Shown one piece after another: positions 16,705-25,271 of a DNA stretch of 64,000 bases. The notes beneath the pieces are model-generated. The model did not search any database, had not been told where the DNA came from, and worked only from the letters and a program-made list of their open reading frames with translations. The translations under genes were made by a program, and so were the position numbers. The stretch spans positions 1-64,000 of the IMG/VR virus record IMGVR_UViG_3300020045_012956; one strand, given 5' to 3'. Source of the stretch: a virus. Its lineage: Duplodnaviria > Heunggongvirae > Uroviricota > Caudoviricetes. How positions within the stretch are numbered: the stretch's first letter is position 1; each line of letters opens with the position of its first letter.

Positions 16705-19700
16705 ATGGCTGAAAAGGTAATAATTGAGTTTGAACTATCCACAGAACAAGCGCAAAAATCATTAGAAAACTACATAAAAGCTATTCAAAAAGTTAACGAA
16801 TCTTTTGCAGATACAAGTAAAAAAGGCGTTGACTCTATGAATGCAGTTGACAAAGAAGTAAAAGAAACAACCGGATTAATAAACAAATTACGTGAACAAG
16901 AAAGTTTATTAAAAAAGTCTAGAGATTCTGCAAATGATGTAAATTCATTACGTAAATTCAATAATGAATTGAGAAAAACACAAACAGAATTACAAAGACT
17001 TGAATCAGTTGGAAAATCAGCGTTTTCTAAGATATTAGAAGATGCTAGAGCTACATTTACAGGTATTGCAGCTTTTAACGTCGCACAAGCGGGCTTACAA
17101 GGCATTAAAGACATTTTTAGTACTGGTTTTAATGCTGCTGTTAATCAAGAACAGTTTTTAATAAGTGCGGAAGTAATGTTAGGTAGTGCCGAAGCTGCAA
17201 AAATATTAAATCAAGAATTAACAGATTTAGCAGCTAGAACACCCTTTGAAAGTTCAGATTTGCAACAAGCAACAAAGGTTTTGTTAGGTTTTGGAGTTGA
17301 GGCTGACAAGTTATTACCAACTTTGAAAACTTTAGGAGATGTTTCAGGGGGCAACAGTGAAAAGCTTAACTCACTTGCACTTGCATTTGGTCAAGTTAAA
17401 GCTGCTGGCCGTTTAATGGGTCAAGAGGTTTTACAAATGATTAATGCAGGTTTTAACCCTTTACAAGAAATAAGCCGAAATACGGGGAAAAGTATGGCAA
17501 CCCTTAAGGCTGAAATGGAACGTGGTTTAATTGGATTTGACCAAGTTGAAAAGGCTTTTGTTACTGTAACGTCGGAGGGTGGAAAGTTCTTTAACATGAT
17601 GGAACGACAAAGCACCACAACGGGCGGCAAATTATCCACGTTAAAAGATAATTTTGTAATTCTTTTGCGTGATGGTGTTAATTTGTTGTTACCTGCTATA
17701 AACTCATTTATTGACTTTTTGAGTGCTACAATAACGTATATTTATGCTTTTGGGGTCGCTATTGCATCAATTCCAAAGTTTGTAAAAGAAAATAAAGATG
17801 TTTTTATGTTGTTAGGTAGTGCAATAGTATTATTTAACTTGCATTTAATAAGAAGTACTTCTTTATTATTATTAAATTTAGCAGCTCAAAAACTTGCAAT
17901 AATTGAGGGCAAAGCTTTTGCAACCGTTACTAATTTACAAAGTGCAGCATTGACTAGATTAATGGCAATAGCAATGGCAAACCCTTACGGTTTATTAGTT
18001 GGTGGCGTCGCTGCTTTAGTAGCTGGAATAGTTTATTTGAATAAGGAAACTGAAAAAGGAAATAAATTAAGAAACGAAGCTACAGAATCACTTGGAAAAG
18101 AACTTACAAATTTAGAAAGTCTTGTAATAGTTGCAACATCAGATGTTAGAACTAGAGAGGAAAGAATACAAGCTATTAACGAATTAAACGCAGTTTACGG
18201 GCAATATCTTAGCTTTTTAATTGATGAGTATACAAGTTTAGATTTGATAAGAAGGGCACAAGAAGAAGTTACAAGGGCAATGGTAAACAATACTTTGTAT
18301 AAAATGAAAGCTAAGGAACAAGAGGAAAACCTAACTAACCAGGTCAAACAAAGGTTAACCCTTCTAAATATGATTGAAGAAAAGGATAATGGACTTTCAT
18401 CAACCCAAAGAGAGAATTTAGGTAATTTGTTAAGAGAATACGAAACATTAAATATTCAATTAAAAACATTTTCAGAAACTTATGCAAGGTTAAATGAATT
18501 AAAAGAAGAAGAAAAGGAACAAACAAAAACCTTAGCAAGTTTACAAGGCACTTTGAAAGGATTAGATCCAAATTTGCCCGCAAATTTAGCACAAATCAAT
18601 AAATTTAGAAAAGACGAGGCTAATACTTTAGAATTGATAGCAAAAACACAAAATGAAATAAGACAAATTGAAGAAAGAGCCGCAAAAAGAGCTAAAGAGG
18701 ATGGTAATGTTTTTGATACTGAAACAAATATAAAAAGGCGTTTAGAAGTAATTAGGAGAAATGCTGGTGATATTGGTTCAACTGTAACGGGACTTGCAGA
18801 AGGTATTTCAGATTTATTTGGAGATACTAGTATAAGGGCTAATATTGTTAAATACTTTGATAATATCGACAAAGGAGTAAGTACAATTGACAGATATAGA
18901 GTTGCTATTATAGGAACAAATGGAGAAGTAAAGAAAAACACTAACATAGTCAACGCAAATGCAGGTGGGAGCGGTTCAGCGCACGGAAAAGCAGCAAAGC
19001 AATATGAATACAACCTCAAACTAATTGAGGCTAATACAAAGGCTATTGAGGCTAATATTACCAAAATGCAGGAACAAACTGATTTAATTAAATTACAAGA
19101 AATTCAACGTAAATCCAAAGCAACTCAATTAAAAATCGAAATTGATAACCAAGCTTTGCAAACTAGTGTACTTAAAAGAGAATCAACAGAACGACAAAAT
19201 ATAGCACTTAACGAATTACAAAAGGATAGAGACCGTGAACTTGAAAAGCTTAATGATGCTAAGAAAAAAGCAGAATTGAGGCTTAAAAACGAGTTTATAA
19301 CAACAGACGAACGTAATAGAATTATTACATTTATTACAACTGAATATCAATCTAATCTTTTGCAATTGACTAATAATTTTGAGAGTGAAAAAAATAAAAT
19401 TACTGATGCTTATCAAAATGATAATTTGAAAATTGTTGAGTTTAGTTATCAAAAACAAGTGCAATACTTAAACACTTTTATAGATCAACAAAAAGAAGCC
19501 TTAAAAAAGGGTGTTATTGAGTTAAACGACATTAATAAACAGTTTCAAGTTGCTAAAATTGCGGATATTGGAAGTTCACAGGCACAAGGCGCTAGTCAAT
19601 TAATTGAAAAGGATAGACAAGTAGAAAATGAAAACTTGGTACAAAAAGAATTATTAGAAGCTAGAAAAAAGAATGAAGATGAACTTTCAGAAGCTAAAAG

Positions 19701-20979
19701 AAAACGTATTTATGCTGGTACAATTCAAGAAATAGCAGCTATTGAATTAGAAATAGATGCTTACAAAGCTAAATTAAAAGTAATTGAAAATGATTTGGAT
19801 AAGTCAGCACAAAGAAGGTATGATATAGAATATTCTTACTTACAAAAAGTTAATGAATTGAATTTGAGAATCTTAAATGAACAAATTGAGAAAAGAGAAA
19901 AAGCAGAACAAGACATTCAAGACCGTTTAAGCTCAATTCGTGATAATGTAGCAAAACAAGGAGGTTTAGGGGGTGAAATAGGGCAAAATATTATCAATTT
20001 AGGTAATGACTTTATAAAATTGCAAGTTAAATTTGAAGAAACTGCAATGGCTTTAAGGTTAAAAGCTAGAAAAGAAGGTTTGCAAAAGTTGTATGATGCT
20101 GAAGTTGCCGCAAATGGCAAACAGTCTGAATTAGCAAAGAAGTTAAAAGCAGAAATTGAAGATAATGAGAAAGAAACTATTGAGGCTCAAAAACAATTTC
20201 AAATTCAACGTTTTAACTCAACTGTTGACTTTATCTTAAATTCTGTTTTAGCCGTTACTAGTGCATTAGGGCAAATAATTGATGTTCAAATTGCACAACA
20301 AGACAGATTAATTAAGGCACAAGAACAAAGAGTTGAAGAGGCTGAAAAGTTAGCAGAAAAAGGAAATGCAGTTCAATTAAAACTAGAAAAGCAGCGTTTG
20401 GATGACTTAAATAAGGAGCGTGAAAAGTTTGTACGTAAGCAGCAAGCTTTAGCAGTCATTGAATTATTAGCTAATAGTGCGGCTGCAATTGCTAAGAGTG
20501 CAAACATGCCCCCACCTTTTAACATTATTGCAATAGCGGCAACGGTAGCGGCTTTGGGGGCTGGTTTAGTAGCTGCAAAACAAAAAGCGCAAGCGGCTGC
20601 AAGTGGATTCAAAACGGGTGGTTATACTGGAGACGGTTCAACGAGTCAAGAGGCTGGAGTGGTTCACAAAAAAGAGTTTGTTTTTACGGCTGAAAAAACC
20701 GCAAAGTATAAACCTATATTTCAGGCAATCCACGAAAATAGATTAGATTTGAATAAAGCTTTATTGATGCCAAAAATGAAAGAAAGTGTATTAATGATGC
20801 GAGGGGGTGAAACTACGAATTTAGATACTAGTAATTTGGAAAAAAGAATGGAAAATATTGAAAGTGCTATTTTGAGTTTACCAAATAAAATGCCTCAAAC
20901 AAATGTAAGTATCAATGAACATGGTATTTATGCAATTACAGAAAGACAAAAGAAATTAAACAATAGGTTAAAAGGTTAG
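16705..20979 (+). CDS. tail tape measure protein (TP901-family core)
   Basis: 1424 aa, largely coiled coil. The region 'LAFGQVKAAGRLMGQEVLQMINAGFNPLQEIS' and 'GGKFFNMMERQSTTTGGKLSTLKDN' matches the TP901-type tape measure core. Internal TM segments; C-terminal 'GGYTGDG'. Confidence 0.8.
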   Translation: MAEKVIIEFELSTEQAQKSLENYIKAIQKVNESFADTSKKGVDSMNAVDKEVKETTGLINKLREQESLLKKSRDSANDVNSLRKFNNELRKTQTELQRLESVGKSAFSKILEDARATFTGIAAFNVAQAGLQGIKDIFSTGFNAAVNQEQFLISAEVMLGSAEAAKILNQELTDLAARTPFESSDLQQATKVLLGFGVEADKLLPTLKTLGDVSGGNSEKLNSLALAFGQVKAAGRLMGQEVLQMINAGFNPLQEISRNTGKSMATLKAEMERGLIGFDQVEKAFVTVTSEGGKFFNMMERQSTTTGGKLSTLKDNFVILLRDGVNLLLPAINSFIDFLSATITYIYAFGVAIASIPKFVKENKDVFMLLGSAIVLFNLHLIRSTSLLLLNLAAQKLAIIEGKAFATVTNLQSAALTRLMAIAMANPYGLLVGGVAALVAGIVYLNKETEKGNKLRNEATESLGKELTNLESLVIVATSDVRTREERIQAINELNAVYGQYLSFLIDEYTSLDLIRRAQEEVTRAMVNNTLYKMKAKEQEENLTNQVKQRLTLLNMIEEKDNGLSSTQRENLGNLLREYETLNIQLKTFSETYARLNELKEEEKEQTKTLASLQGTLKGLDPNLPANLAQINKFRKDEANTLELIAKTQNEIRQIEERAAKRAKEDGNVFDTETNIKRRLEVIRRNAGDIGSTVTGLAEGISDLFGDTSIRANIVKYFDNIDKGVSTIDRYRVAIIGTNGEVKKNTNIVNANAGGSGSAHGKAAKQYEYNLKLIEANTKAIEANITKMQEQTDLIKLQEIQRKSKATQLKIEIDNQALQTSVLKRESTERQNIALNELQKDRDRELEKLNDAKKKAELRLKNEFITTDERNRIITFITTEYQSNLLQLTNNFESEKNKITDAYQNDNLKIVEFSYQKQVQYLNTFIDQQKEALKKGVIELNDINKQFQVAKIADIGSSQAQGASQLIEKDRQVENENLVQKELLEARKKNEDELSEAKRKRIYAGTIQEIAAIELEIDAYKAKLKVIENDLDKSAQRRYDIEYSYLQKVNELNLRILNEQIEKREKAEQDIQDRLSSIRDNVAKQGGLGGEIGQNIINLGNDFIKLQVKFEETAMALRLKARKEGLQKLYDAEVAANGKQSELAKKLKAEIEDNEKETIEAQKQFQIQRFNSTVDFILNSVLAVTSALGQIIDVQIAQQDRLIKAQEQRVEEAEKLAEKGNAVQLKLEKQRLDDLNKEREKFVRKQQALAVIELLANSAAAIAKSANMPPPFNIIAIAATVAALGAGLVAAKQKAQAAASGFKTGGYTGDGSTSQEAGVVHKKEFVFTAEKTAKYKPIFQAIHENRLDLNKALLMPKMKESVLMMRGGETTNLDTSNLEKRMENIESAILSLPNKMPQTNVSINEHGIYAITERQKKLNNRLKG

Positions 20980-21002
20980 ATTTGTATTCATAAATTTTTA
21001 TA

Positions 21003-21029
21003 AGGCTGTTAGAAATAACAGCTTTTTTA
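21003..21029 (+). terminator. rho-independent terminator after the tape measure gene
   Basis: Hairpin ggctgtt-agaaat-aacagc followed by 'ttttttatt'. Confidence 0.55.
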
Positions 21030-21086
21030 TTGTTGAAAATCAAGTATTTAGAAAATAATTAAAAAATAATTTGCTTTTTTTGTATT

Positions 21087-21114
21087 TTGTATTACAAAAA
21101 GTATTAACTTTGCA
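21087..21114 (+). promoter_or_regulatory. early promoter (conserved family) driving the tRNA-like cluster
   Basis: The sequence ttgtattacaaaaagtattaactttgca ends 9 nt before the tRNA-like gene. Confidence 0.5.
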
Positions 21115-21123
21115 TTGTTGAAA

Positions 21124-21307
21124 TGGTCGGGTGGCGAAATGGTAAACGCATAAGAGCAAGTCACGTATAAGAGCAAGTATCTTTAAGGAAATTGATAAAA
21201 GCATGAAGACTAGTTAGTAGTGTAAGTAATTATAAGAGAAACAAAAAGGAGTAATTAACCTAATAAAAGTATCTTATTCCTTTGTTGGTTCGATTCCAAC
21301 CCCGACC
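21124..21307 (+). tRNA. tRNA-like gene with a ~110-nt insertion where the anticodon arm should be (intron-like or disrupted)
   Basis: Perfect 7-bp acceptor stem ggtcggg/cccgacc, D arm gcga-aatggtaa-acgc, T arm gttgg-ttcgatt-ccaac. The insert contains the tandem duplication 'ataagagcaagt' x2. No canonical 7-nt anticodon loop can be reconstructed at any splice point. Confidence 0.45.
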
Positions 21308-21371
21308 CCATAAAATGCAACTCCGTAATATTTGATTATGTCATACCCTTAATGGTTGGAGCAATGCTAGC

Positions 21372-21441
21372 AGCCTTTTAGTTTAATTGGATAAAATGAC
21401 CATTGCGAAATGGTAGATTAGGGTTCGAATCCTTAAAAGGC
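21372..21441 (+). ncRNA. tRNA-shaped RNA with a 6-bp stem and GNRA tetraloop (accatt-gcga-aatggt) in place of the anticodon arm
   Basis: Acceptor gcctttt/aaaaggc (7 bp), D arm ttta-attgga-taaa, T arm aggg-ttcgaat-cctt. The loop cannot be an anticodon loop. Confidence 0.4.
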
Positions 21442-21664
21442 ACAAACTTCGAAGTCAAAACCATTGTTGTATCTACAATATTAACGGTTTAGCGGGTGTT
21501 TGATTAAAAAAGATATTACTAATGTGATATTTAGATGTAGAAGGTTTATTCTTTAGATACCTACACAATTCACAATTGGTTTTTATTCAGTGAGGATAGT
21601 TTTTAATAGGAAATTTTTTGACTCACATTTTTTTATAAAACAATTAAAACATAAATAAAAGATA

Positions 21665-21892
21665 ATGAAACAAATAACAATTATATTTTTAGCTTTGATG
21701 TTTTTTACATCTTGCCATGAAGCTAAACAAATAAAATCAAAAGAAGTTGAGTATGAGCGAGTTGGAAATAATTTTAGCATATTTTATCTTAAAATCAAAG
21801 GAATGGATTATGCAATATCTTCCAGTGGAAATTCTTTTAGAAATCTAACATTAGATAGTCTACAATTCGAATATTATAAGAATCTAAAATAA
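21665..21892 (+). CDS. small lipoprotein
   Basis: The signal 'MKQITIIFLALMFFTSC' carries a lipobox (FTSC). It shares a 23-nt leader 'aacaattaaaacataaataaaa' with the next gene. Confidence 0.4.
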   Translation: MKQITIIFLALMFFTSCHEAKQIKSKEVEYERVGNNFSIFYLKIKGMDYAISSSGNSFRNLTLDSLQFEYYKNLK

Positions 21893-21913
21893 AACAATTA
21901 AAACATAAATAAA

Positions 21914-22315
21914 ATGAAATTAACAGGTAAGTTATTTAGAATTATGGACACTCAAAACGTGAGTGCAACCTATAAAAAACGAGAATTCGTTTTGGAAGTT
22001 GCTGAAAATCCAGCATTTCCACAAATGATTAAATTAGAACTTTCTCAAGACCGTTGCAGCGTTTTAGATAAGTTCAAATTAGAACAAATCGTAGAATGTG
22101 ATATAAACCTAAGGGGGCGTATTTGGATTAATCCGCAAGGCGTTGAAACGTTTTTTAACACTATTGAAGCGTGGAGAATTGCACCCGTTGGAACTGAAAC
22201 ACAACCAACTACGACAACTACAAACGTAAAAGAAGAGTTGTATAAACCACAACCACCCGAAAACGTTAAGCCTCAAGAATTTACAAACCCAGTAAGCGAC
22301 GATTTACCTTTTTAA
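21914..22315 (+). CDS. DUF3127-like OB-fold protein with an SSB-type acidic C-terminal tail (…DDLPF)
   Basis: 'KREFVLEV...YPQ..K.EL.QDRC..LD.FK...NLRGR.W.NPQG...FFNT.EAWRI' resembles DUF3127. The C-terminus 'SDDLPF' mimics the SSB 'DDDIPF' tip. Confidence 0.5.
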   Translation: MKLTGKLFRIMDTQNVSATYKKREFVLEVAENPAFPQMIKLELSQDRCSVLDKFKLEQIVECDINLRGRIWINPQGVETFFNTIEAWRIAPVGTETQPTTTTTNVKEELYKPQPPENVKPQEFTNPVSDDLPF

Positions 22316-22318
22316 GTT

Positions 22319-22552
22319 ATGGAAAATACAAAAGAATATTTTATGTTGTTAGTTGAGGGTTCTGAAAGGGCTCCTAAATTTGTACATGAATCTGAAACTT
22401 TAGCAGAAATCGAAGCTAAAAGGCTTAATTCTCTTTTTAATAAACCTGTTTATATTTTGAAAATTCAAAATGTGATTGAATCTAAAATAATTCAACAAAC
22501 AGTAGTAGAAAAAATAAAACCAAGTGACTTTTTTAATGAACTACCCTTTTAA
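22319..22552 (+). CDS. small protein with a second SSB-like C-terminal tail (…FNELPF)
   Basis: 77 aa ending in 'DFFNELPF', directly downstream of the DDLPF protein. Confidence 0.4.
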   Translation: MENTKEYFMLLVEGSERAPKFVHESETLAEIEAKRLNSLFNKPVYILKIQNVIESKIIQQTVVEKIKPSDFFNELPF

Positions 22553-22555
22553 TTT

Positions 22556-22789
22556 ATGAGATTCAAAGAATTTGAAAAGCTAATTACAGACGTTATAAAA
22601 GCAGATATTCCAATTCCTGACGGTTTATCTGCAATTATAAATGAAACTGATTACAACGAAATTATACCACCTCAAAACAATTTAGATGACTTTGGTAGAT
22701 TTGGTGTAGAACTCAACATAAAATTCTTAGGTAAAGATGTTAATGTATTTCTAGTAAATGAAAAATACGTAAAAACAACAAAGTTATGA
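22556..22789 (+). CDS. hypothetical protein
   Basis: 77 aa, tightly packed. Confidence 0.3.
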   Translation: MRFKEFEKLITDVIKADIPIPDGLSAIINETDYNEIIPPQNNLDDFGRFGVELNIKFLGKDVNVFLVNEKYVKTTKL

Positions 22790-23145
22790 AACTTAAAAAA
22801 ATAAATAAAGCCTTGTTAATCAACCAGGCTATTAAAAAAGCTAATATTGATGTATCAAATTTAAGCCCTAATACAACCGTTAATTTAGTAGACGGTGTGT
22901 TAATATTAGATAAACCTAAAAAGTGCTTTATAAGTGCTAAAAATGAGAATGAAACACCTTTAGAGAAATGCAAAAGATTATATTACGAAGGTGTTGAATT
23001 TGAAGTTTATTCTAGTAATAGAATTCAAACTATACCAAATGATTTTCGAATTGATATAGAATATGGAGATATTATACTTTATTTAACAGCTCAAAAATAT
23101 ACTTTATACAGTAAATCATTTGATTCGTATGTTAAAATAATCTAA
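22786..23145 (+). CDS. hypothetical protein
   Basis: 119 aa with an ATGA overlap. Confidence 0.35.
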   Translation: MKLKKINKALLINQAIKKANIDVSNLSPNTTVNLVDGVLILDKPKKCFISAKNENETPLEKCKRLYYEGVEFEVYSSNRIQTIPNDFRIDIEYGDIILYLTAQKYTLYSKSFDSYVKII

Positions 23146-23153
23146 ATATTTAT

Positions 23154-23336
23154 ATGATAAAATTAACCACATTTTCAATCTCTATTTTAATAGTATTCAT
23201 TACTATTTTATGCAACTCGATTCCTTATATTTTCAACCATTTTAACCCATGGTTATCAATGTCAATCATTATTTTTTCAATAGCTTACATCTTATTATTA
23301 ATTATTTACAATATTATTTACCACTTAAAAAAATGA
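23154..23336 (+). CDS. small two-TM membrane protein (NfeD-like partner candidate)
   Basis: 60 aa with two hydrophobic helices. Its stop overlaps the SPFH lipoprotein start via ATGA. Confidence 0.4.
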   Translation: MIKLTTFSISILIVFITILCNSIPYIFNHFNPWLSMSIIIFSIAYILLLIIYNIIYHLKK

Positions 23337-24127
23337 AAAAAGTATTATTATCAATGTTAATCTTAGTATTAACATCATGCTCAACTAGAATTGAGCCAAA
23401 TCACTACGGTGTATTAATGGAAAGCTATGGTAAAAATGGCAAATCTGACTACTCAAAACAACAAGGTTCCGTTTGGGTGCCAATGGGTGGAATGTTATTT
23501 GAAGTTCCAGCGTTTGAACAACGTGCAGACTTTGTAAAAGAAGGTGAAGATGGAATATTGAAACTTAAAAGTTCTGATAACACAGAATTTACAGTTAAAC
23601 CTCGCTATTCTTACAAAGTAATTGAATCTAAAGTTGTTGATGTTGTCTTTGAAAATGCCCGTTTAGGAGCCTCAAAAGAATTCATGAAATCACTTGAAGA
23701 CAATATTTTAGAACCTCAAATTTATGACTTGATAAAAGAAGAAAGCCGTAAATATTTAACTGATACACTAATGGCAAACGGTGGAAGTCTAAAATTTGAA
23801 TCTAAAATACAAGAAATTGTATCTAAAGCATTCGAAACTAAAGGATTACACCTAATAACATTTTCAACTAATCTAGACTTTTCTAAAAAAGTAAAAGATA
23901 AAATTGATAGTAGAAATGAAGTTAATACAAACTTAAGCGTTTTAGATCAACAAATTCAAGAACAAAGGAAAAGAAATGAATTAGCAAATCTTAAAGCACA
24001 AGAAAATATTAATTTATCCAAAGGATTAACACCCCAAGTTTTACAACAACAATTTATAGAAGCTTGGAAAGAAACTAAACAACCATTATATTTTGTGCCT
24101 CCTAATCTACATTTGATGCAAAAGTAA
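23333..24127 (+). CDS. SPFH/band-7 (prohibitin/stomatin-like) lipoprotein
   Basis: Start taken at 'MKKVLLSMLILVLTSCSTR' (lipobox LTSC). 'GVLMESYGK...VWVPMGGMLFEVPAFEQRADF' resembles the SPFH core, followed by a C-terminal coiled coil. Confidence 0.45.
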   Translation: MKKVLLSMLILVLTSCSTRIEPNHYGVLMESYGKNGKSDYSKQQGSVWVPMGGMLFEVPAFEQRADFVKEGEDGILKLKSSDNTEFTVKPRYSYKVIESKVVDVVFENARLGASKEFMKSLEDNILEPQIYDLIKEESRKYLTDTLMANGGSLKFESKIQEIVSKAFETKGLHLITFSTNLDFSKKVKDKIDSRNEVNTNLSVLDQQIQEQRKRNELANLKAQENINLSKGLTPQVLQQQFIEAWKETKQPLYFVPPNLHLMQK

Positions 24128-24722
24128 AATACTCCCAATGAAAACCTCTTGATTTATTGCCAAATTTCAAAGCTTTTTGAGATATTCTACCATATTTTTC
24201 GGAAGCTTTTTTAATAGAGTCAAATACTTCATTAGTTTCAATACATATTATTTTTTTACAATTAAGGCCTAATTTATTTCTTTCAGTTAAATCAGGCCTT
24301 TTTAACCCATATGTAGGTGATTTTACTCCAGAATGCAATTTGTTCCATTCTATTATTCTTTTTGATTGTTCTGGCATCTTTTTACCAAACATAGGGTGCC
24401 TTTCTTTAGGAGAATTAAGTAACCAATGGTTTTTAAATGCAGGCCCTATACAAAAATTAACAATATGGTAGCCTATTTCTTTATAAAATTTTATTAAATT
24501 AGTTTCAATATATTCTGCCATTTCTTTAGTTAAATTTTCATAAAGAATCTTAGTTATAAATCCATTATGTTTCTTAACAGTATTTTTCCAATATTTACTT
24601 CTACTATGTTTACTATAAGCTCTTTTTACGGTACCTTCACCTATATAAAACAATTCATTATTATCTTGTTTATAATGAGCATAAACAACAAAATCACTTC
24701 TCATAATGCAAATATACAACAA
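24102..24722 (-). CDS. GIY-YIG homing endonuclease (free-standing)
   Basis: Contains 'VVYAHYKQDNNELFYIGEGTVKRAYSKHSRS' (GIY...YIG...R) and the C-terminal 'NKSRGFHWEYF' DNA-binding tail typical of Seg/I-TevI-like enzymes. Opposite strand to its neighbours. Confidence 0.65.
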   Translation of the reverse strand: MLYICIMRSDFVVYAHYKQDNNELFYIGEGTVKRAYSKHSRSKYWKNTVKKHNGFITKILYENLTKEMAEYIETNLIKFYKEIGYHIVNFCIGPAFKNHWLLNSPKERHPMFGKKMPEQSKRIIEWNKLHSGVKSPTYGLKRPDLTERNKLGLNCKKIICIETNEVFDSIKKASEKYGRISQKALKFGNKSRGFHWEYFTFASNVD

Positions 24723-24863
24723 TAAAATTAAAATAACAAATAAAAGTGGGACGGCAAAACCCCACTATATGGAAATACTCCTTTAACTTTCATGAAACAA
24801 TTTTAGACTAATCTAAATATTTTTTATACATATCCATAAATTAACTATATTTGCAAAAAAAAT

Positions 24864-25271
24864 ATGGATAAAGAAATAATTAGCGAAAAAAAACAAGAAT
24901 ACATTAACAAGGCACTTAAGATAATTGAAGAAGAAAAAGTATATTATATTGATGAAATTTCTTGTTTAATGGGTATTTCTAGAGAAACATTTTATTTTCA
25001 TGAACTACACAAATCTGACAGCATTAACAACGCTATTTTAGAGGCTAAAATTAAGGTTAAAAGGAAGTTAAGGAACAAATGGGAAGACTCTGATAATCCA
25101 GCCTTGCAAATCGCTTTATATAAGATTATAGGCAATGAGGATGAACTACAAAGATTAAACAATAATCAGAATAATAATCAAAATAACCAACCTATTGCAC
25201 CGCCTCAGGTTACAATAGTGTTTAACGAAAAAGAAAATGAATCTAATAACACACCCAACCCCGAAAAGTAA
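24864..25271 (+). CDS. HTH-containing small protein with a poly-Asn/Gln tract
   Basis: 'YYIDEISCLMGISRETFYF' is HTH-like. The -7 box 'TATATTTG' lies 15 nt upstream of the ATGG start. Confidence 0.35.
   Translation: MDKEIISEKKQEYINKALKIIEEEKVYYIDEISCLMGISRETFYFHELHKSDSINNAILEAKIKVKRKLRNKWEDSDNPALQIALYKIIGNEDELQRLNNNQNNNQNNQPIAPPQVTIVFNEKENESNNTPNPEK

Noticed and set aside
16785-20612. Multiple minus-strand ORFs inside the tape measure gene (16785-17114, 17421-17639, 18344-18592, 18480-19064, 19216-19464, 19917-20120, 20373-20612)
   Set aside because: They are antisense to a well-supported 1424-aa gene and their Phe/Leu/Ser-rich composition is typical of the reverse strand of AT-rich coding DNA.
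21124-21307. tmRNA or group I intron-containing tRNA
   Set aside because: At 184 nt the locus is too short for tmRNA (no tag-peptide reading frame ending in a stop with an A-rich tag). A 110-nt insert is far below group I intron size and shows no P1-P9 conservation by eye.
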